Shown: piece by piece, positions 34,367 to 43,476 of the stretch
Layout of the letters: each line of letters begins with the position of its first letter
Numbering within the stretch: position 1 is the first letter of the stretch
Virus record (IMG/VR): IMGVR_UViG_3300045988_177920
Location: 30,051-94,050 of that record
Strand: one strand, 5' to 3'
Length of the DNA: 64,000 nucleotides
Source of the DNA: a virus
Made by a program: the position numbers and the translations under genes
Notes under the pieces: generated by a model
What the model was told of the DNA's origin: nothing
The model's database searches: none
Seen by the model: only the letters and a program-made list of their open reading frames with translations

Positions 34367-35315
34367 AATTAAGTTTTTCTAAAATTGTAGTTTTTACATA
34401 AGAATATGCTTTAGAATTTAATATAGTTATACCTGTATTATCTTTATTATCAGGCTTTTCTATTATTAAAGGAATTACTTTACCTTTGAATATTAGATTT
34501 GTATTTATAGGTTCATTAGGTATTTCTTCTATAACCTTATTATTTGTATATAGACGACCGTCTCTTTTTGTGCATTTAAGTAGTACACCAGATGCAGCAT
34601 ATAGATCTTCTATAGTACAAGGCTTATTTTGTAAAGTATTGTAATATCGTATAAATTTATTTGCCAATATAATCCTTAGATCATCATCATTATATGCAAA
34701 ATCATAATAATACCCATTAAAGGTAAATTCAAGAGATCGTTCTTTGCATAGATATTTAATGAAACCATCCAATAATTCATTTTTTACCTTTATATAATAA
34801 ATATTAGGTACCATGCACTGAGCATTTTGATAATTATTTACAGACTCTAAGTCTATATACGGCCCTCCACTTAAGGATTCTACCTGTAATAAAAGTTTTA
34901 ATTCAGTAGCAAATAATGTATATAAATCAAAATCAATATTTTGAGACATAATATTATCTGCTATTTTTGTTATAGTGTCTCTTATAGGACCACTACCTAA
35001 GCAAAACTCCCCCCAACTTGTTAAAGAACTAAATCTTGGACAATGACTATGTACATATTTACATAGCCATTGTTTACATGTAAAATAGGTTCTCCTTATA
35101 TATATATTCCTAGTTATACTACCATCTTCATATAAATAAAATTTAACAAAAGTATCTTTTATATCAATACTCTTATTATATTCATTGGTTACAGTTAATT
35201 CAGGGAAATAAATTATAACATTTAGTTTATACGTATCTTCTTGAACATCAACAAACTCTTCTCCAAAAAAGTTTATAAATCTTGATATAATTTCTTTTTG
35301 TAGTGTCGTTTCCAT
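34308..35315 (-). CDS. Hypothetical protein, tentatively an E2 (UBC)-like N-terminal domain
   Basis: The CDS itself is well supported as a track ORF. The function is tentative: YVHSHCPRF-x8-GEFCLGSGPI resembles the HPN-x(n)-G-x-I-C-L active-site region, preceded by a helix plus four strand-like segments. It overlaps the JAB gene by 59 nt. Confidence 0.45.
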   Translation of the reverse strand: METTLQKEIISRFINFFGEEFVDVQEDTYKLNVIIYFPELTVTNEYNKSIDIKDTFVKFYLYEDGSITRNIYIRRTYFTCKQWLCKYVHSHCPRFSSLTSWGEFCLGSGPIRDTITKIADNIMSQNIDFDLYTLFATELKLLLQVESLSGGPYIDLESVNNYQNAQCMVPNIYYIKVKNELLDGFIKYLCKERSLEFTFNGYYYDFAYNDDDLRIILANKFIRYYNTLQNKPCTIEDLYAASGVLLKCTKRDGRLYTNNKVIEEIPNEPINTNLIFKGKVIPLIIEKPDNKDNTGITILNSKAYSYVKTTILEKLNYGTASEDYARTPMLTILNH

Positions 35316-35317
35316 AA

Positions 35318-35366
35318 TAAAAAAAATAAAGGGAGAGCAAGAGAATAAAGTCTCTTACCCTCCCTT
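35318..35366 (-). terminator. Terminator-like hairpin between 35378-35992 and 34308-35315
   Basis: AAGGGAGAGCAAGAGA (35329-35344) pairs with TCTCTTACCCTCCCTT (35351-35366) around a 3x3 internal loop. TTTATTTTTTTT follows on the minus strand. Confidence 0.6.
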
Positions 35367-35377
35367 GGTAGGATTAA

Positions 35378-35992
35378 TTATTCAAATTTAGCAAACATTT
35401 CATCGATTTCCTCATCAGAGGGGAAATCGTTATGCTCTTCCCATTCACATTTAACAGAACGCATAGCCTCTGTTGCTTCTGTACGAGAAATAATATCTTT
35501 CTCTACTAGAAGATTTGTCAGCTGTACCAAAGCTGTACGAAGATCCTCTGCATAAGCACAAGGATTTTCAGAATATTTAAGCTCCTCAACAAAGTTAATT
35601 AACTCAGCAGTTGATACTTGTGTATAAGGACGCCCAAAGTGCTCACGAATCTCTTTTGCAAGATTATGTTCTTTAATATACCGAAACATACCTGCACGGT
35701 CGGGACCTACTTGTTTGGGAGTAGCACCTGATTTAATCTTCTTAGAAGAATTGGTAATCATAATAAGAAGTTCATTAGTAGTTTCTCCGTTACGCTTCTT
35801 CACATTAGTGGGAAGTTGCGAAGAATCATCCTTCAACTCAACTGCACTATACCCTTCAAAGAAAGTCATTCCATCATACTCAATTCCATTTTCTGTAAGT
35901 GCAGTTTTAAGTTCACCTAAAGTTTCTGCACCTGTCATAATGATAGATTTTTCACGGCGAGTGTCTACTACATAAATTTTACGAGTTTCCAT
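35378..35992 (-). CDS. Hypothetical protein, tentatively an N-terminal ubiquitin-like (beta-grasp) domain
   Basis: The CDS is a sound track ORF. The first ~86 aa (KIYVVD / KSIIMTG / TLGELKTALTENGI / MTFFEG / ELLIMITNSSKKIKSG) follow the strand-strand-helix-strand-strand spacing of ubiquitin and end in Ser-Gly. This is pattern reading only. Confidence 0.4.
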   Translation of the reverse strand: METRKIYVVDTRREKSIIMTGAETLGELKTALTENGIEYDGMTFFEGYSAVELKDDSSQLPTNVKKRNGETTNELLIMITNSSKKIKSGATPKQVGPDRAGMFRYIKEHNLAKEIREHFGRPYTQVSTAELINFVEELKYSENPCAYAEDLRTALVQLTNLLVEKDIISRTEATEAMRSVKCEWEEHNDFPSDEEIDEMFAKFE

Positions 35993-36962
35993 AATTAAAA
36001 AGCTTTTTAAAGATGTTTGTAAATAGTTGTTTATTGTTTAAATGTTTATATAAATCAGAAATATCTTTTTGATGGTATTCATTGGGAATAACTATATTAA
36101 TGAACCCTGTTTTTGAAGCAAGTTTTTGTGCATCTAACAAGCCTGGAGGATCATTATCCAAACATATAAAGACTTGTTTAAAGCGTTTTTTAAGTTCATT
36201 AATTGCAGTATTACTCATACTATAGCCTTCTCCTTGAATAGCAACTGAAGGTATTCCTATATTAGCCCAAAGACATAAAGCATCTTTTAGGGAAGAGCAT
36301 ATACATACTCTATCCCCAAAAGATGGTATTTTTGTCCACAAACTAATAACTGATTTGTCATGTTGATTAGACCACTTATAACCATGTTTATTGAAAGGTT
36401 GATATATTTTTAAAGTGGTTTTTCCTTCTTTAAATTCAGCAAAAGCATATGCGTATTTATCTGCACCAAATATAAAGGTTTCATCATTTTTCTTTATTAT
36501 TTTATGTGATATAGGATAAACATTTGCATATTTTAACCACTTTAAAGATATACCATAAGACTCCCAATATTCTATATCATAATCTTTCCATTCTCTTGTT
36601 TTACATAAAAGTTTTATATGAGAATTTCTAATGATGTTTTTAGAATAAGATTTCCTAATATTAATTGAACTATGAACATTATCATCATTTATCCTTTTAA
36701 GAGTTTCTCTAAAGGGAATATTCCATATACGTGAAAGTAATGAAAAAATAGTTCCTTTATCTCCATTAGCAAAGTCCCGAAAGTTTACACTTTTACCATC
36801 AGGTGAATACAATGCAAATGAAGGTTTTTTATCTTCTCTTAAAGGGCTGCAGATGACTGTAGGAATTTTATTTATTCCTAAATACTTTGCGGCAATATCT
36901 GCCTCTGTAGTATGTTTTAAAACATCATCTATTGATATAGTTGGTTGTCCGTGGCTAAACAT
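35979..36962 (-). CDS. DNA primase (Toprim domain)
   Basis: AIQGEGYS (Toprim Glu) and VFICLDNDPPG (DxD) are present. The N-terminal CSPLREDKKPSF is a primase-type motif. Confidence 0.7.
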   Translation of the reverse strand: MFSHGQPTISIDDVLKHTTEADIAAKYLGINKIPTVICSPLREDKKPSFALYSPDGKSVNFRDFANGDKGTIFSLLSRIWNIPFRETLKRINDDNVHSSINIRKSYSKNIIRNSHIKLLCKTREWKDYDIEYWESYGISLKWLKYANVYPISHKIIKKNDETFIFGADKYAYAFAEFKEGKTTLKIYQPFNKHGYKWSNQHDKSVISLWTKIPSFGDRVCICSSLKDALCLWANIGIPSVAIQGEGYSMSNTAINELKKRFKQVFICLDNDPPGLLDAQKLASKTGFINIVIPNEYHQKDISDLYKHLNNKQLFTNIFKKLFNYGNS

Positions 36963-36965
36963 TAT

Positions 36966-37886
36966 TTATTCCCAGGGTGTTTTAGGAGTTGTAGAGAATG
37001 GATCATCCCCAAAAGGAAGATCACTTGTGTCATTAGGCTTAATTTCAGTAGGTTGTACTGAATATTTCTCAAAATCACCTACTTTAAATTCAGAAGTACT
37101 ATAAGCACCTATAGATTTACGTTCTTCAAGTTCCTTTTCAAAGAATGTAAGAGTAGCCTTCTTTTGAGAGTTGTTGCGGCGGAAACCATCACTAAAGAAA
37201 GTTTGATATTGCTTTCCATCATTGGTATTACGAACACCAAACATAATTTTTACCTTATTTGTCGGTTGTAGGGCAATGATTTCTTTGATTTCTTTAACAT
37301 CACCTGTAAATATCTTCTCAATACCATCAAAGCGAGCTACACAATCTTCAGGATTGGGATTTTTATGCCACTCACCATCACGGAAATACTCCAGACTAGG
37401 AACCCCAAGATATTCTATCATAAATTTAGTAAGATTTTCTTCACCTACAAATACAGGACGATAGTCTTTATCTATATTAGCAGGTTTACCATTACTATAA
37501 ATAGGAATATTATGTGTTGTAAGATCTTCTTTAGTTACCCATGCTGTACGTGCATATTTATCAATAACTTGAATTTTAGTTTTATCACGATTAAAGCGAT
37601 ATTGATGCCTTACAAAGAAGGAAATAGAAATAGGTTCTACTCCTTCTACATCAGGTTGTACAACAAATGTCACTCGTGCATTAATGATTTTATCACCATC
37701 CACATCTAATTCTCCTACATATGTAGGTTCATTTTCTATAGTGGTGTTAAAAAGCTGTTCCATTTCAGCTTTGTTAGGGTTGACTGCTTTAACAAAGCAT
37801 GGAGCAATACCCCAATAACGATTAAATTCTACTACTTTTGAAGTGTCTGTTCCTTTGGCAAATGCCATAAATGTTTTACTAATCAT
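36966..37886 (-). CDS. Probable single-stranded DNA-binding protein
   Basis: It lies between primase and helicase-module genes. The acidic/aromatic C-terminal tail DLPFGDDPF is typical of SSB tails. No direct homology was checked. Confidence 0.5.
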   Translation of the reverse strand: MISKTFMAFAKGTDTSKVVEFNRYWGIAPCFVKAVNPNKAEMEQLFNTTIENEPTYVGELDVDGDKIINARVTFVVQPDVEGVEPISISFFVRHQYRFNRDKTKIQVIDKYARTAWVTKEDLTTHNIPIYSNGKPANIDKDYRPVFVGEENLTKFMIEYLGVPSLEYFRDGEWHKNPNPEDCVARFDGIEKIFTGDVKEIKEIIALQPTNKVKIMFGVRNTNDGKQYQTFFSDGFRRNNSQKKATLTFFEKELEERKSIGAYSTSEFKVGDFEKYSVQPTEIKPNDTSDLPFGDDPFSTTPKTPWE

Positions 37887-37888
37887 AA

Positions 37889-38260
37889 TTAATCTACTAT
37901 ATTATTAAATGTTTCTATATTAGGACTTACTACACAGGTTTCACAGGTTTCTATTGTTTCTGCAGGATACTCAAATGTAAGTATCTGTTTCTTTTGTGGA
38001 TACTTACCATTCATTTTAGGAGTACCGTCTTCATTAAGTACTGTTTCATAAGTACATTTAATGAGATCTGTTGATTTATAACCTCCTGTAAGTATTTTAA
38101 TACCTGCTTCCCCTGCTTCTAACAGTGCCTCACAAGTATTACGTTCTTCCTGAAGCTCTTCAATCTTTTTATCAATAGCTTCAATTTTCTTTAATGTTGG
38201 CAGTGAATTTTTAAACTGACGCTTAACTGCTGCAATTTGAAATGCTGTTAATTCTTTCAT
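37889..38260 (-). CDS. Hypothetical protein
   Basis: Intact track ORF. Confidence 0.6.
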   Translation of the reverse strand: MKELTAFQIAAVKRQFKNSLPTLKKIEAIDKKIEELQEERNTCEALLEAGEAGIKILTGGYKSTDLIKCTYETVLNEDGTPKMNGKYPQKKQILTFEYPAETIETCETCVVSPNIETFNNIVD

Positions 38261-38262
38261 AA

Positions 38263-38943
38263 TTAATTATAATATTCGTTCATTGCTTTAACTACATAAC
38301 CCAAATCATTAGGTATAAAATTTTCTGTAAACATCCCATCTGGAGATTTAGCAGGAATTTCTTTACTTCCTTCCATACAGCTATGAGTATAGAATCCATA
38401 TGATGCATTTCCTTTTTCATCATATTTTACAGAGGAAAATAATACTATAGGAACTACTTCAACAGGATTATAACAATTATCAATAAGTTTCCCTACTGTT
38501 GACGGCTTATATCCTATAATAATATCATCAGACACTATTGCTTCGCTATGCATAATAAGGAATATATTTAAATCATCACGAAGATTTTCTGCGGTGTTAA
38601 TTATACTTTGAAAATGCGCAGCCATATCTGTAAATTTATTATAGCTTGATACTTTAGCCGTCTTAAAATATTCCTTACGCATAATGTAAATAGCATCATC
38701 TATAATAATATTCTTTACATTAGGCATTTTATCATTAACGCCCATTAGATAGGTTATTATAGTAGAATAGTCATCTACATTAAAGAGATTTTTATTTTCT
38801 GTGTTATAAATCCCTTTACTACCTTTAAAAGGTAAACGCTTTTTTAATACATTAAACACTACTGTTTCTTTGGGATCAAGTGTCTTAATACTAGTAGATT
38901 TTCCTGAACCACTTTTTCCCAGTATCATACAAATGTTTGCCAT
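38263..38943 (-). CDS. P-loop ATPase (AAA_24/Sak4-like)
   Basis: Walker A GKSGSGKST is at the extreme N-terminus and Walker B NIIIDDA follows. Confidence 0.65.
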   Translation of the reverse strand: MANICMILGKSGSGKSTSIKTLDPKETVVFNVLKKRLPFKGSKGIYNTENKNLFNVDDYSTIITYLMGVNDKMPNVKNIIIDDAIYIMRKEYFKTAKVSSYNKFTDMAAHFQSIINTAENLRDDLNIFLIMHSEAIVSDDIIIGYKPSTVGKLIDNCYNPVEVVPIVLFSSVKYDEKGNASYGFYTHSCMEGSKEIPAKSPDGMFTENFIPNDLGYVVKAMNEYYN

Positions 38944-40069
38944 ACTTAGTAATTAATAAAAATGATTTACTTTTTCTTGTTTGTATTTGTTTATATACTT
39001 TATTTAACCCTATTTGATCGTCAGATTTAGGTAATTCTTCAAAATAATTTACTGCACCATCAAAGTATAATGCAATAACACCATTTGATTGACCACTTCT
39101 GTTAAGCAATACTTCTAAAAATCGTACATTATCTTTTAACATCCTTATATTATATCCATGATATTCAGGAATTTCATATCTAAAAGGACTAAAAAGAGAC
39201 AAACATACATCAACATCTCTAGCTATAGCTTTATTATCAGCTAAGTTAGTTATACTTGGTGTAAGTTTATTAAGTTTAAATGCATCTGTATTTTCAAACA
39301 TTGCTTGTTGTTGAATTACTACAGGAGTGAATTTATATCTATTGCGCAAAGTTACTAAATATTCTGATAACTTACTCATAGATTGTCTTAAATCCATACC
39401 TTTTTCTGTAGAAATTAAACTTAAATGGTCAAAAAAGATTATTCTGTATTCATTTGGGTTATTACTTTCATAATAATCAAATGCATTTACCTCTTTAGTT
39501 AATCCAAAGTCATCTTTTATAATAATAGGTTTTGTATGTACCGTTCCATTTTCTTCTGCATACTTTTTACACTCTTTCCATACTCCTGTAGCATTTGTAC
39601 TATATGAGAAAGTTATGGAGTCTTCAAAGAATTGAAGTATTTCTCCATATTCTTTTGAATTTAGTATGTTAAGTATTTCTTCAGATAATGGTTTACTATT
39701 ATCAGTTGACTTTAAATCTTGAGGACTTATCCTTATTTTAAATTCTGAAAGTGTATATAGTAGATAACTCATAAATCTTTCCATAACATTTTCAGGAGTT
39801 TCTTCTAAAGGATAATAAATAATCTTTACATTAACCTGTTCAGGATGAGCATATGCATATAGTAAAGTATTGTATATAAACATAAAGGAGGCAAATTGAG
39901 ATTTACCTGCTTTAGTGGCAGCCGTTACCAAATAATAACGACCTTGTTCTACACCGACAAAATCATCTTTAAACCTTAAGAGAGGAGAGGGAATACTATT
40001 AATCTTTCCAGATAATAATCGTTCTCTCCTCTCTTTAAGATTCAACAATACTCTATCCTTTAACTTCAT
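38891..40069 (-). CDS. DnaB-like (RecA-fold) replicative helicase
   Basis: Walker A AATKAGKSQF and Walker B IIFFDHLSL are present. The position next to primase, SSB and ATPase genes fits. Confidence 0.65.
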   Translation of the reverse strand: MKLKDRVLLNLKERRERLLSGKINSIPSPLLRFKDDFVGVEQGRYYLVTAATKAGKSQFASFMFIYNTLLYAYAHPEQVNVKIIYYPLEETPENVMERFMSYLLYTLSEFKIRISPQDLKSTDNSKPLSEEILNILNSKEYGEILQFFEDSITFSYSTNATGVWKECKKYAEENGTVHTKPIIIKDDFGLTKEVNAFDYYESNNPNEYRIIFFDHLSLISTEKGMDLRQSMSKLSEYLVTLRNRYKFTPVVIQQQAMFENTDAFKLNKLTPSITNLADNKAIARDVDVCLSLFSPFRYEIPEYHGYNIRMLKDNVRFLEVLLNRSGQSNGVIALYFDGAVNYFEELPKSDDQIGLNKVYKQIQTRKSKSFLLITKYGKHLYDTGKKWFRKIY

Positions 40070-40659
40070 TTTACCTCGTTTAACCAGTTATCTTCAGTTT
40101 GACCTTCATTTTCAATATAACTGGCTAAATCTGAAGTTTCTTCTATATAGCCCACTCCTTCTGAATCTACTTTACGAACATCTTTCCAAATGAAGTATTT
40201 AAGAACTCTCATATATGATAAATCTATATGGTCTTCTATATACTTTTTTGTTGCTTCAAGTATTTGAGTATCAGTATACTTATTACCATATAGTTTATAA
40301 AACTTTTTAAGTCTTAATTTGGTATCCTTAAGATTTCCCCTCCAATAAGTGTTTGTTCCGGGCTTTTTACCTTTAGGATATAATTCCATCAAAGCTTTTG
40401 CTAATTCTTCTATATGAGTGTCTATAGGAACATCTTTATCAGAAGACAATATTACATTACAACATACATCATCCCAACGTTGTGTTATAGTATATGTTTT
40501 TTCAAGTAAAGATTGTTCCTCTACTATCATTTCTTTGGATTTTAGTTCTTCTAAAAGTTTAGGAATGTTTTCACCTGTTTTTACTAAAAGTAATGCAAGA
40601 AGTTGAGCAACAGTAATACCGTTTTCTTTACATACTTTATCATTTATTGAGATAGTCAT
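40066..40659 (-). CDS. Hypothetical protein
   Basis: Intact track ORF with a 4-nt overlap. Confidence 0.6.
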   Translation of the reverse strand: MTISINDKVCKENGITVAQLLALLLVKTGENIPKLLEELKSKEMIVEEQSLLEKTYTITQRWDDVCCNVILSSDKDVPIDTHIEELAKALMELYPKGKKPGTNTYWRGNLKDTKLRLKKFYKLYGNKYTDTQILEATKKYIEDHIDLSYMRVLKYFIWKDVRKVDSEGVGYIEETSDLASYIENEGQTEDNWLNEVK

Positions 40660-41809
40660 TTAATGATACTGTTGTTATTAGTTTTGGATTATAGTTTTCA
40701 AGCATTTTCTTCATTAACTCCTCCTCCCTTGTATTTTTATAATAAGGTATTATAATAATGGGATTAGGATGTCTTAGAAGTCTTCCGCACCTTTGAGCTA
40801 CTATAGTTTCAGAACTATTTAGATTTGCATATATACCTACTTGACAGTTTACTAAATTTATGCCTTCATTAAGAACATTACATGCAGTAATATGATTTAT
40901 TTTTCCATCATTAAAGTCTTGTAAGTATTTAGAGGCATACCTGTTTTGACTGTTAATACAATATCTTCCTAATGCTTCAGTTTGTAAAATACTGCTACAG
41001 AATACTAAAGTTCTTTTATTTTTAAATTTCTTCAGTATATTATATACTATAGTAGTTTTTCGCGTACTAAGCCATTTAAGACGTTCATTGCATTTCATTA
41101 GCCAAATGTTTTTTATAACAGGATTCCGTGTATTCATATATTTGGTTTTATACCAATCTATAAGATTACTTATATCCATATTATATTGAGCTTCAGTACA
41201 TTTTATTGCTAAAGGAGTTTTAACATTTTTATAGTTCCATCTTTGAGAATAATCTATAGTGATAAGTTTACCATTAGCATTTTTATTCTTATATATAGTT
41301 TCGGATTTTATTTTATTATCCAATTCTAAAGGAATTAAAAACACTTTAGGGTCAGGCAGTATATCACCTATAGCCTCTTTAAGATTGATTTTATATTGTG
41401 TTAAAGGATTAAAGCAATAAGACAGTTCTTTTTTAAGTTCTCTATTTACAGTAGCAGAAAGCAGAAGGGAATGGGAGCAATTAAAGTCAGGAATAACCTC
41501 ACGACATCTTTCTGATAAGTGATGGCATTCATCATATATAATTGCATCCCATTTCCCGGCATACTTTGGAAAAGATATATATGTAGTGAAAGAAATATTA
41601 AGTTTATTGTCTTTCCACCACTTATTTATCTCATTTTTCCAAGTTTGTTTCAGAACATTTCTCGGTACTACTATAAGTAATGTTTTTACATTAAAGGTTT
41701 TTATCTTTTCTATAGCTATTCTTGATTTACCAATCCCAGTAGCCATTTCAAAAAGAAAGTTTTTACCTTTTAAACTTAATACTTCTTTCAATATATCTTC
41801 TCTATTCAT
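40640..41809 (-). CDS. Superfamily 2 (DEAD/DEAH-type) helicase
   Basis: Motif I ATGIGKS, motif II IYDECHH, and motif VI QRCGRLLR are present. Confidence 0.8.
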   Translation of the reverse strand: MNREDILKEVLSLKGKNFLFEMATGIGKSRIAIEKIKTFNVKTLLIVVPRNVLKQTWKNEINKWWKDNKLNISFTTYISFPKYAGKWDAIIYDECHHLSERCREVIPDFNCSHSLLLSATVNRELKKELSYCFNPLTQYKINLKEAIGDILPDPKVFLIPLELDNKIKSETIYKNKNANGKLITIDYSQRWNYKNVKTPLAIKCTEAQYNMDISNLIDWYKTKYMNTRNPVIKNIWLMKCNERLKWLSTRKTTIVYNILKKFKNKRTLVFCSSILQTEALGRYCINSQNRYASKYLQDFNDGKINHITACNVLNEGINLVNCQVGIYANLNSSETIVAQRCGRLLRHPNPIIIIPYYKNTREEELMKKMLENYNPKLITTVSLNDYLNK

Positions 41810-42191
41810 CTAGTATTTCGTATGTAAAGCTAAGAGCATTCAGCTCTTTTGCTATAAGTTTTATATGTGTTTCAAGACGTTGTTGTTTTGAGTACTGAGA
41901 CCATATATATCTTGAATGTTTTTTGGCCCAGTTTTCTATTGTGGGAATGCCTTCAGGAGTTACCATGAAATCATATGTTTCTTTACATATGTTTAAATGA
42001 TGTTTTGCAGGGCGATTTCCTCTTGAGTAGACTGTAAGTCTTTCTTTGTTTTTCTTCTTCCCTTTGCCTTTTCCTGTATAGTATTCTGTATTGATTACTG
42101 TTTGCTCGAATGCTTTATTTTCTTTGCATTCTTGTTCTGAGTACATTTGAGCACCTGGTACTACAAATGTAACACTTACTTTAGGTTCCAT
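41802..42191 (-). CDS. Hypothetical protein ending in a genuine TAG stop
   Basis: Intact track ORF. The stop is TAG (cta at 41802-41804). Confidence 0.6.
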   Translation of the reverse strand: MEPKVSVTFVVPGAQMYSEQECKENKAFEQTVINTEYYTGKGKGKKKNKERLTVYSRGNRPAKHHLNICKETYDFMVTPEGIPTIENWAKKHSRYIWSQYSKQQRLETHIKLIAKELNALSFTYEILDE

Positions 42192-42499
42192 AGTTTTTTA
42201 AGCGCTGTTTTTATTTTATATAAAAGAGTTGGTTTTACTTTTATAGGTTTTCTCAGACTGTTTTCTGTATAGTTTTTTCCTCTGTACAGTCTGTCTTTAC
42301 CTAAAAGTACAAACATGGTTTTTGTGCCTATATAGTGTGGATTTTCGGGATTTTGCATAAAATACCACATTTGACTAATGGCACCTTGAGATCTGTTTAA
42401 CTTTGTTGATAAAGTTAAAAAACACTTTTGTAGGTTTTCTGGGTGTGAGGAGACTTCCTTAAGGATAGCTTGTTTCTCCTCTTTTGTCCATCTTTTCAT
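42176..42499 (-). CDS. Hypothetical protein (SANT/Myb-like N-terminus?)
   Basis: Track ORF. RWTKEEKQAIL resembles the first helix of a Myb/SANT domain, which is weak evidence. Confidence 0.5.
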   Translation of the reverse strand: MKRWTKEEKQAILKEVSSHPENLQKCFLTLSTKLNRSQGAISQMWYFMQNPENPHYIGTKTMFVLLGKDRLYRGKNYTENSLRKPIKVKPTLLYKIKTALKKLWNLK

Positions 42500-42717
42500 T
42501 ATTCATCTAGTTGTTTTAAGAAGTTGGTCATTATATCTATTTTTTGTTCTGCTGCATCTATAGCCCATTCTAAATGTTCATCCAGATACTCTTGAACTTC
42601 ATCTTTGTTGTTTATGTTACCATAAAAGGGTTCTCCTAAAGTGATAACACAAAAGTTTAAGCTTTTAAGTTGTTTCTTTGTAGGTTTCATATATATTGAT
42701 TTTAAATGAATATTCAA
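42499..42717 (-). CDS. Hypothetical protein
   Basis: Intact track ORF. Confidence 0.55.
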   Translation of the reverse strand: MNIHLKSIYMKPTKKQLKSLNFCVITLGEPFYGNINNKDEVQEYLDEHLEWAIDAAEQKIDIMTNFLKQLDE

Positions 42718-42894
42718 AATAGTAGATTTTAAAACAATTTAGCGAAAACTCCTCTACTATATGTTTTCTTTAGAAAGTTAGGCCCTTATCTTACCGCATG
42801 TTATCTCTCTGCTAGAACGTTTTTTAATAGAGTTTCCTCTCCAGGTATATTTATAGTAATATACCAAACAGTGATGTTCAGGATTTCCTTCCTT

Positions 42895-43083
42895 TTAATG
42901 TACGTAATGAGGTACTGCTTTAGCATTTGTATTTAAAAGTTTATTTACAAATATTGCAGCTTTCCATGCATCACCTATAGTATCAAACATTGATGCTTCT
43001 TCAAAGTTATATTTGATATATAAGGTGTTATCTGCTATATAAGCAAATGCATTATCACTTAATTTTACTATCCATTTTTCCAT
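42895..43083 (-). CDS. Hypothetical small protein
   Basis: Intact track ORF, first gene after the tRNA region. Confidence 0.5.
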   Translation of the reverse strand: MEKWIVKLSDNAFAYIADNTLYIKYNFEEASMFDTIGDAWKAAIFVNKLLNTNAKAVPHYVH

Positions 43084-43103
43084 ATTTAATGTATTTTTTT
43101 GGT

Positions 43104-43142
43104 TAAAAAATAAAACCTTGCTATTCTCCCGAACCGCAAGGT
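43104..43142 (-). terminator. Intrinsic terminator after the minus-strand tRNA cluster
   Basis: ACCTTGC (43115-43121) pairs with GCAAGGT (43136-43142). TTTTATTTTTT follows on the minus strand. Confidence 0.55.
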
Positions 43143-43179
43143 AAAGTAATCAAACGAAACTCAAAACATTTTCAATTAG

Positions 43180-43249
43180 GAGCTCTTGTAGGATTTGACT
43201 CTACATCTTTCTATATACTATAGAATGTTTTACATTAAACTAAAGAGCC
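43180..43249 (-). tRNA. tRNA-like element with a non-canonical anticodon loop (nominal GUA)
   Basis: Hand fold: acceptor GGCUCUU/AAGAGCU, D stem GUUU/AAAC, anticodon stem UUCUA/UAGAA with loop UAGUAUA (A at position 33, U at 37; it can also zip into a 7-bp stem), and T arm GUAGA-GUCAAAU-CCUAC with one mismatch. Variable loop is short. Confidence 0.4.
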
Positions 43250-43292
43250 TGGTTATAATAACCATGTTTCACTTAAAACCAACACAATGGAG

Positions 43293-43367
43293 TAGTCCTT
43301 GTAGGGCTTGAACCTACGACCTTCTGAATATCAGTCAGATGCTCTCAACCAACTGAGCTAAAGGACT
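43293..43367 (-). tRNA. tRNA-Ile (anticodon GAU)
   Basis: Clean 75-nt cloverleaf: AGUCCUU/AAGGACU, GCUC/GAGC, UCUGA-CUGAUAU-UCAGA, GUAGG-UUCAAGC-CCUAC. Confidence 0.85.
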
Positions 43368-43416
43368 ATATACTATCTATACTCACGTACCGATAGTTTC
43401 AAAAAAAAACGAACTG

Positions 43417-43476
43417 AAATAACTTGTAGATAAATAACTTGTATATAAATAACTTGTAGATATATAACTTGTAGAT
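43417..43476. repeat. Four tandem 15-bp direct repeats (AAATAACTTGTAGAT consensus)
   Basis: The units are 43417-43431, 43432-43446, 43447-43461 and 43462-43476, with 1-2 substitutions between them. Confidence 0.9.

Noticed and set aside
37222-37709. Plus-strand track ORFs inside the SSB-like gene, and similar antisense ORFs at 21268-21687, 23948-24199, 28858-29304, 33743-33982, 35715-35975, 36853-37104, 40418-40606, 41586-41813, 46351-46539, 47369-47680, 48694-48978, 53873-54658, 56884-57347 and 58997-59305.
   Set aside because: All are antisense to well-supported genes that have recognisable motifs or tight operon packing.
43417-43476. The tandem 15-bp repeats as a CRISPR array.
   Set aside because: The units are contiguous with no spacers, are far shorter than CRISPR repeats, and no cas genes are present.
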